A stretch of DNA of 64,000 nt from Chrysomallon squamiferum (taxonomy: Eukaryota; Animalia; Mollusca), in contig CM022670.1 of the NCBI GenBank assembly GCA_012295275.1, forward strand, positions 21,018,001-21,082,000. Reading direction: 5' to 3'. Numbering within the stretch: position 1 is the stretch's first letter; every line of letters begins with the position of its first letter. Both the position numbers and the translations under genes were made by a program. Below are positions 55,278 through 64,000 of this stretch, one piece after another. The notes under the pieces were generated by a model that was not told the DNA's origin, did no database searches, and saw only the letters and a program-made list of their open reading frames with translations.

Positions 55278-55915
55278 AGTAATCACTGTACCTCTCTATT
55301 CGTTTAATGAAATGACTAGAAATATTTGATTTTTACTTCACCCAATTACATTACAATTCTATTAAAATTTGTGAATGAAGGGGCAAAAACACAAGAAAAA
55401 AAAAAACAAAAAAAAACGTCACGTGCGTATATTGAACGTGCAATCCCCCGTCGTAATGGCACGGTCCGCGGCTGATCAACATTAAACCCATCCTTCAATC
55501 ATGTGGCAGTGCTCTATGTGCACTGACAGCACACATAGACACGGATGATACATAAAATATCCACTTCGGCCACATCGCCACGTCTGTATTCCACACAGAA
55601 TCAAGCCTTCAAATGTCAGAATAATTTCGAACAAATCAGTATTCCGGTTTATGTCGACCCTTTTCACTTGGCGCTCAACCCCCGCCGCAGGATCAACCTC
55701 GTCGTCTCGCATTGAGAACAACCACTCAGAAATCGCACGCAATAAAACAGCGTATCAGTGCCGATTTAAAACACCAAACACATACCTGCACATTCTTTTA
55801 ACATCCCACGAAGTAATAATCCATGTATTTGTGGTCCAACAAAGCGAAATCATCAAAAAATCTCACCAAAATTTCACATATAAACGCCGTATATGGCACT
55901 TCTCTGTAATCTGAT
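55278..55915 (-). other. Candidate non-coding first exon (proximal) of sprouty; 5' boundary approximate
   Basis: CpG-rich, microsatellite-free segment ending at a GTAAGT donor, directly downstream of an ETS/CArG/E-box cluster. Confidence 0.45.
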
Positions 55916-55949
55916 TCGGAACCGCAGAACGCAGATGACCTCCCTCGAG

Positions 55950-56240
55950 ACTTCCGGCCGGGCGATTCTATCTTTTTACCAGAGGGATGCGAGGGTGAAA
56001 TTAATCTAGCTTGGGCTGCATCCAAAGAAAAACGGTACTTCCTCTGATATTTGCTAGATTAGATAAAAGTCTCTAAACTGTTTTGCTTGTAATCGCTAAA
56101 GAGCATGGGCAGACAAGCAAATCAGCTTTGAAACAACCCCACAGCTGTATGTTTATCTTGTGCCATATATGGCAATGCGGAGATATATCACGTGACACTA
56201 ATAGCAAACAAAAGGCAGTAATCAATGAAAGAGGAAAGGA
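55950..56240 (-). promoter_or_regulatory. Proximal promoter-like region with ETS site, perfect CArG box and E-box
   Basis: CCGGAAGT (minus, 55950-55957), CCATATATGG (56163-56172) inside the palindrome TGCCATATATGGCA, and TCACGTGAC (56188-56196). Confidence 0.6.
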
Positions 56241-57589
56241 TATTCAATGAGCGTATACAATCTCCCGCCACTGTGAATTAAGGTCCCATGTGGCCGACAT
56301 CGATGACATATGCAAATATCCGACAACTATTACCGCATACCGGACCAGCTAAAAACACCGTAACGGATACCATTCGTGATCGGAAATAATTGGGTCAGTT
56401 TATATATATAAAAATATATATAAAAAAAAATACGTTTCGTGGAATAGTAATGCTACAAATTCCACTGTGTACGCATCTTAGAGCATGGATATATATATAT
56501 ATATATATTTATTAAAGCTTTAAAGCTTTAAACCAAACTAACAGAAACATAAATAAAGTCCTAGCTAACAAGAGTCACGTTTACTGTTGCTTTGGAAACA
56601 AAAGTAATACTGCCATGGTGATCGTAGAGAGAGATGTTAATGTTTGAATTGTATTCATTTATTTTTATTGATTTATTTTAATTAATAATTTATAAATAAA
56701 TATAATAAATAATAATGATAATAAAAAATAAAGAAATAAAAAAGTAATTGAAAGAAAACATTACTTTGCATTTTTTATTATTATTATTTTTTTAATAAAC
56801 AATGACAACTTATTTCAGTTATTTAACAGTACAATAAGTAAATAAATTAAAAGCAAAATAGATACAGAATAATTCAAATTGTGAAAAAAATCATTTGAAT
56901 TCTTATGTCAACATGAAATGAATGTTTACACACACGTGTTTACGGCGGCAACAATATAATTATATATAATTTCTTTAAGCAATGGCTTAAATATTTTGTG
57001 TATTTTAAACATTTAAATACAGTATGCAAAAGGTGAAATTAAAATATGTGTGTATTTATGTCAAAGTCTGGTCGGATCATGTATTCTCTGTTGATCAAAC
57101 AACAGTAAACAATGAAAAACTGAATCCGCGACTGGATGAATGAAAATGAATGAATGGCCTGTTCCATTCACGTTCTATGTCTCAATGAACGGTTCGCTCA
57201 GGTCTATTTTTAGCGTACGCTTGCACGTGCAGCATGCAGGAGACTGTACCTGAGATCGCGTGCTTCTGCCAACGGAGGTTAATTATAAAACAAAATTTGT
57301 TGCAGACAAAACAAAAGAAAAAAAAAAGAAGAAAAAAAAGAAGCTAATTTATGAATGTTTTAATTTTTGTTTGAAGAAAATGGGTTCTTTGTACATTTTT
57401 TATGTGTCTGTATAATGCGTGTTTTGTATGAAAAATATCAATGTTCTGTACATGATTGTGGTTATAATTTTAAACAGCAGAAAAATTATTTTGATCAGCA
57501 ATGGTGAAATTAAATACAAAATCAGTTATTGTATAATTAAATGTTATTAGCAACGAACAAATTTCTCTATGCTAATAATAATAATAATA

Positions 57590-57649
<60 letters not shown>

Positions 57650-58149
57650 GGCGGTATTTCCTGTTCTGGTAAAAATATATCTCTTTATGTAGGTATGTGA
57701 CAAAATTTTCAAAAATATAATTTTTCTCACTCATTTTATATCATTAGCAAAAAATAAAAAAAATAAAATAAAATAAAAGAAGCATATTTAAATGACACCA
57801 AGATCTCTTTGATTACGAATTTTTATCGGAATCAAATTTGACGGAATTTTTCCTTCATAATCTGTGGAGTCCTTTTGCAGCATAAACACTGAATACCTAA
57901 TATGGTTTTAATTCAATATACATAAATTATATATCCAAATGAAGCGTTTAATGAGATCTGAAGCTTTTCAGTAATCTTAAGCAGGTTACTAATACTCATG
58001 AATTTTAATTAATTAATCGCACTAATTAGCTAAAATGTATCTTACACCTCAATTATGTAATTCTCCAAAACTCAAAAAAAAAAAAGTTCATTTGTCAAGA
58101 TAATGAATTGTAGGGGCCTTTAAAGACATATTGAAGCATTTTTCTAACA

Positions 58150-58187
<38 letters not shown>

Positions 58188-59459
58188 ACAAAACATTCAT
58201 TATTGTTAATTTGCCTTATTCCTTAATTATAAAGATGTAATGTTTCATAAAAAAAATAAAATCAATGTGCTTGAATTATATCTGAAAATAGAGTTTTTGA
58301 TAGGTTTAGAAGCAAATAATATACTTGGTCACTCAATAAAATAAATGAAACATTGAACTTGCAAGACATCGGCTGTGGACGCGTCGTTTGCTGTGACCAG
58401 CGTTCATTTTAGTATCGAAAAAATATCTATCTGCTACCTAAATACTTGTATGAAATTTCGCAGACTACGAGAGAAATCCAGAATTTGTAAATTGTATATG
58501 ATTTAAAGTCTCGGAAAAGTTTACCTTGGACAAACAACGAACATTTTGAAACGGAAATTTTGTCTGTTGATTCTCCGTCGTTTATCAAAGATAACATGTA
58601 AAAAAACACACAAAAAACCCCGAATACTTTGATGAAGCTGAATATGTGTACTACGTCATGACGTATTCTGTTTTTGAAGGTTATGTAAAAGTAATAAGAA
58701 AACAGAAACGCGAGTGAGGGAACCCTCCCTCTTCGTAGGAAAGCGAAAACGCGCTACAGTGTTCAGCCGACCTTCCACAGCGGCGAACTTACGTGTTTGT
58801 CACGTATCTATTTTACACATCTTCTAGAAAAATACGTTGGTTATGTAAATTTAAAGACAGGAATCTAGTAATAAATAAATAAATAAATAAAAGTTGCGTC
58901 TTCATGAAAAGGATATGGACCTTTACTTCCTTGATCATCCTCACCAAGAATTCCGTGTCTGCCGTTTAATCTACATTTTACACATATTTGGAAACCGATT
59001 TAAAAAAAAAAAAAAAATTCATTTACTGAGACACGGATATTATTATTATTATTATTAGTTTATGTATGAAATGTATGCCTATGAGCCGAAAGGCGTTAAA
59101 AAAAAAAGAGAAGAATGTAATAACTAACTCTCCAGTCTTTTCAATATACTGTAATAACTAAAAAGCTAAATAAAACAAATATTTAAAATAATAATTATAA
59201 TAATAATCATTTTATATTATGGACATGACATAAGGCTTGCGAATTACAGAAGATATTACTAAATAAAATATACATGGGCTTAATGCTGAATATTTTACAG
59301 AAAATAGTAAAATCAAATGAACAAATAAAATCTTTAGACAGTTTTACGAACGGTAAATTTCGTTTTTATTTTAAACTAGGCCTAAATGTTTACTAAAGAA
59401 AATTCTTAATAATAATAACTATAATAATAATAATAAATAATAAATGTATTAATACTTAC

Positions 59460-59566
59460 ATTTATCACAACGACCAAACACTTGGACGATGTGGAAAAGG
59501 TATCCAAAACGTACACCATAAACTAACACATATATCCATTGTACAAATCCGAGTAAAACAGGGGTT

Positions 59567-59607
<41 letters not shown>

Positions 59608-59800
59608 TGTATCCCGAGTTCTATAGATGTCTGGTATTACACACCATTATGAATGAGATATTCCAAGCGTAACGACGAACTGTTGTTTTTAGCAGTGTGC
59701 ACGAGATTTAGGATACGTTGGTTGACCCACTTTGCGTTAATTCAATGAAACACACATACACATCAATTTCCTCGCTACCAACACAACAACAAAAGTGAAT
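59460..59800 (-). other. Candidate alternative (distal) non-coding first exon of sprouty
   Basis: Donor AT|GTAAGTATT (GT at 59459-59458) and initiator-like TCATTC at 59802-59797, with a CpG-rich promoter-like patch just upstream. Confidence 0.45.
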
Positions 59801-59925
59801 GAAGCCGCAGTATTGATTCGCTCTGACGCTTCACGTGCTCCGGTAGAGGGCGCCAGCTATCGTCCACCTCCGCGTTTCGTAGGTGTACTGTGCAGATGTT
59901 GTCAGATAATAATCCCGCCCACAAC
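59797..59925 (-). promoter_or_regulatory. Distal TATA-less promoter-like element (Inr, half-CRE, E-box, CTCF-like site, GC box)
   Basis: TGACG at 59824, CACGTG at 59832, CCGGTAGAGGGCGC at 59840-59853 and CCCGCCC at about 59914. Confidence 0.5.
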
Positions 59926-60910
59926 TTTTTGGAGGCCCTGTTTAGGTGAACGGCATAATTATTTTCGTACTATTTTCTGTGAACTGTATATATTAATTTT
60001 ATTTATATAATTATCAATTAATTAATTAAATTATATGTTTATAATCATTTTTAGAACTCAGCTAGAGTTAACAGGAGGCATGCTTTAGAATTGTTTGCAC
60101 TCACCTTGATTTAAAGTGAAGTATTTATGTACGTATGCATTTACCTTCTGCTACTGTTATGTTCTACTTTACAATTACTACAACTTCAATCCATGTTTTT
60201 GACTCTGTTTTTGTTTCAAATTATTATTATTATTATTATTCATTTTTTCGGATATTTTCTTTCATGTGTGATAAAAAAAAAAAAAATAAATAAATAAAAA
60301 AAAAAAAAAAATCCTCTGTTTGGATTTCTTTACGAAACTGTTAAAAGTTTTAACCTGTTCTGATAGTTCATGGTACTGTTGGATGAGAAATTAACATAGG
60401 TTTTCTTTTATGATTAAATGTTTCTTCTCTCATACTAATAAATATGTTTACTTACATTTTGTTTGTGTTTATCTTCATATATACGACATTTACCACACAT
60501 AAAAGGCCTACCTCTCATACTGACTATTTTAATTATTTCATGTTTAAAATATACTTCTGGCGTGCAAGTATATAATACCACAGATATTAATTACATATTT
60601 CCATGTGACTGACTAATTTTAGAAACCAGTCTATACTAGTAATAAAGTATGACTATAAATAAAGTTCAAATATTCAAACACTCAAGAAAAAGAGTTTTCC
60701 TTTCGCTCTTCAGAACTACTTACACGAGTGGTTGATGTATATAATGTGTGTTTGTGTTTGTGTGCATCTGTTGAGATACAAATACTCACGCGTTGATTAT
60801 AGTAATCTATAAACGTATGAAAATAAAATATTTCATGCTGGCTGTTAAATAACTAATACAATGGAGACACTTATAAGTTTTATTATGATTTATCGAAATT
60901 TCTGTAAATC

Positions 60911-60941
<31 letters not shown>

Positions 60942-61034
60942 TTAATGTTAACGTTTTTGAACTAACAAATGCTTTTCGTTATTTTCTGTTTCTGTTGCTG
61001 TTGCGATGGTCGTGTTTTATCATTGATTTTATTA

Positions 61035-61089
<55 letters not shown>

Positions 61090-62687
61090 TTTGTGTGTTT
61101 TTTTTGACACACACCATAAATGCCACCCAAACTTCAATCATCTCACTCGATTACAGTTTACAAGTAATCTCATTTTAATCACCCCAGATCATATCGTTTT
61201 CAAGACCCAGTACCGCTTATGGCGTCATAAAAATATGACGTGTTCCTATCTTCAAGATAAACTGATAAAATCAGTACACCTAATCTTATTTAATGTTATA
61301 GCAAACTTGCGTAAAATGGTACCCTGAGCTAATAATAGCAGTTTTGACAATTTTGTTACTACGACCACCTACATTTACAGCTGCTAATTCGAACGAGCGT
61401 AAAAACCGGAGCGCAAAATGAATAACTTCCGGTGTCTGTCATGTTTCCTAATGTGAATGGACAAGAGACCGAGATGGGCAATCCCAAAATGGACAGAGAT
61501 GAATGGATTCGTTATAATATAATTATTACTAAAAAAAAAAAACCAAACCAAAAAAAAAAAAAAAAAAAACACCTACGCATTTCTCAAGTGCTATTAATTT
61601 AATTTAATTTTAATATATATATATATTTTTTTTAAATCAAGACAAATGTAATTATTTTTTGTCGATCTGTATTTGTATGTGCATGAATGTGTGTGTGTGT
61701 GTGTGGTGTTTCATTATGCTTTTGGCTCTATATCTGTATATCTTCATGCATGTATGTATGTATGCATGTGTTTAAATCTTTATATATATTTTTGTGTTTA
61801 TCAATGCATGTACCAATTACTATGTCATTTACGAATAAGTAAATACTGATAAATACTGTAGTTACATGATTTCAGTGAAAAAAAAAAAAAAAAAAAAAAA
61901 AAACTGAAGAAAACCCCTCCAAAACCCCCACCAATTCTGTTTGATTTATTTTGTTCTAAATTTTTTAGGCTATGTAATTAATTACAATTTACTTTTTCTT
62001 AAATTAAAAAAAAAAATAATAATAATAATTTAAAAAAAAAATCATTTCATGTCAATACCTGTCTTTCCATTATCACAATCACGCATTCTTTCCACTGAAC
62101 ATTATTATTTAAAAAAAAGAAAAGAAAAAAAAAAAAAAAAAAAAAAAAAATGTTTTTCGTCCCACTCCAAATCTTCTGGCATCTAACTTCCTTGAGAATC
62201 TATTTCTCGTGTTTAAATTTCGTTTGATGTCATCTTGCCCCAGTGGGATTAGCGAATATTTTCCCACGTGCGCTCGGATACGAAATGTCACGAAAATTCC
62301 TTGCCGCGGTTTTATGTCTTCGGCACCTGTTACGTCACAATTCTGGGATACGAAGAGGAAATTAACAGTAATCTAAAGCAGAATAAATTCACGAACTGCG
62401 CATGTCCCGCGGAGCCAGGGAAATTTAAATCCATTTTTGAAAATGGCTTCCACCTGTACTGTTGCTAAGATTCAGTGTAGCAGACGAGACTTTGGTAGGC
62501 CGTTTCTTGACGCCACGCGCGTCCTGTTGATTAGTGAAGGGAATACGCCAGTGTTTATCAGTCTTTTTTGACTGAGGAATTATTGCTAGAAAATGCTGAA
62601 AATATTACTGTTAACAAGGCATTGCTGAAAATATATACATGTTATTAGTTTGATACCAGCTTAAACTTTAAAAAAAGAAATCCATAA

Positions 62688-62693
<6 letters not shown>

Positions 62694-62722
<29 letters not shown>

Positions 62723-62771
62723 TGTATGTATGTATGTATGTATGTATGTGTGTATGTATGTATGTATGTAT
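62694..62771. repeat. (TATG)n microsatellite
   Basis: Directly visible. Confidence 0.95.
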
Positions 62772-63572
62772 AAAAAGAATGGCTTTCTAAAATGGCAGTT
62801 TAATTTTCAAATATAATGGAACCTCTGAATATAGTAGCAGTTTAATAATTTTCTTCTATGAATAAATGAGTAAATAAATGAGAAGAGAAATAAACCACCC
62901 GAAGTACGATATCTAATAGAAAAAAAAAATCGTAAACACACATACACACACACAAACAAAAGCTTCCATCGAAACACAAAGAAAAAAATAGGAACTGGCC
63001 AATAAATTAAATGACAAAAGAAAACAATAAAACCGACAAAAGCTGTATGAGAAAAAAAAAAAAAAAAAAAAAAAAAAAACGTACTGACGACAGATTTGAT
63101 AAAACGCGGAATGAAACTAACACTAAAAGTGTTTTGTGGCTGTTGCAGACGTTGACGAGTACAGAGGCGTGTACGTTTCCACGAGACAGACGTCTGACGT
63201 ACCGCCAAAAGTGAATGATGTTAGCTCGAATCTGCATCCGCACTGCTGCCCACAGGTCTCTAATCGGTCAGAGATCTACCCTCGCTTCCCTTCCCTTCAA
63301 AGAGAGCCATGAGGCAAAAAGTACAATAGCCCACACAGTGGTACAAGTGAAAAAGAAATGGCCCCCCATTAAAAACTGTTAAAATTGCCGTGCAAGTGTT
63401 TAAATGCGTCTGAAATCAAGTGGTCGTCTGTTTCTGTCGTGGCAGGCCGGAAGTGACGAAATCTGCTTCGTCGTTTAGAACAATGTAGATACACACATTC
63501 ACAGGAATTTAAAAAAAAAAGAGAAGATTTTATATTTATTATGATAGTGCATTAACACCCGCAGCCCACACA

Positions 63573-63847
63573 AAGTGGCATGCAGAGGGAGGGGGGGGGG
63601 CGAAGGTGCGGTGGCCCGGACATCCAAATCGGGGGTGGGGGGCATCCAATCAGAGAAAAGAATTTAATAAATTTGGTTGGTTTATATTTAAACTGAATAA
63701 AATGTTTATTTTAAGATTCATCTGTGTTCACAGATTCAAACTATCTTCCTTTCTCGTAATATTTCTCAATACTAGGCCTTATACTTGAGTCTTTGGGGCA
63801 TACCATCCAGGAATTGGCCCCGAGCATCACCAGACCTCTGCACGCCT

Positions 63848-63850
<3 letters not shown>
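63573..63850. mobile_element. Non-autonomous hAT-type DNA transposon (MITE), 278 bp
   Basis: Terminal inverted repeats aagtggcatgcagagg ... cctctgcacgcctctg (13/16 match, CAGTGGCG-type end) and near-identical 8-bp flanks cccacaca / cacacaca. Confidence 0.75.
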
Positions 63851-63917
<67 letters not shown>

Positions 63918-64000
63918 TCAAGATAGCGATAGATAATTATTATTTAATTAAAAACGTTAATCTTTTTAAAACTTGACATAATTAAGCAGCAGAAACGGAT

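Noticed and set aside
55482-56025. ORFs of 75-87 aa over the proximal promoter/leader
   Set aside because: No recognisable domain, and the two minus-strand ones begin at TTG. Better explained as GC-richer leader sequence.

Overview
AT-rich (roughly 30% GC by eye), microsatellite-dense eukaryotic genomic DNA, probably from a mollusc or other lophotrochozoan (inferred from the Sprouty sequence and Meta-SINE-like remnants). The only protein-coding region I can support is a single-exon sprouty CDS on the minus strand (46146-46949, 267 aa, NEY motif plus Cys-rich SPR domain). It has a splice acceptor 48 nt upstream of the ATG, two candidate non-coding first exons (about 55.3-55.9 kb and 59.46-59.80 kb) and probably a long 3' UTR. 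The rest is a gene desert of short CpG-rich patches carrying ETS, CRE, CArG, E-box, CSL, GATA and CTCF-like motifs. Mobile and repeat content: a ~470-bp inverted repeat pair (30.0 and 33.3 kb), a hAT-type MITE, a tiny TTAA-type MITE, a pogo-like terminus and several SINE-core fragments. The most notable observations are an overlapping uORF with a TAATG stop-start junction at the sprouty start, a serum-response-element-like promoter, the long inverted repeat, and a CpG-depleted gene body around a CpG-rich CDS. Nearly all other ORFs in the track are microsatellite artefacts. I found no tRNA, rRNA, CRISPR or prokaryotic system.
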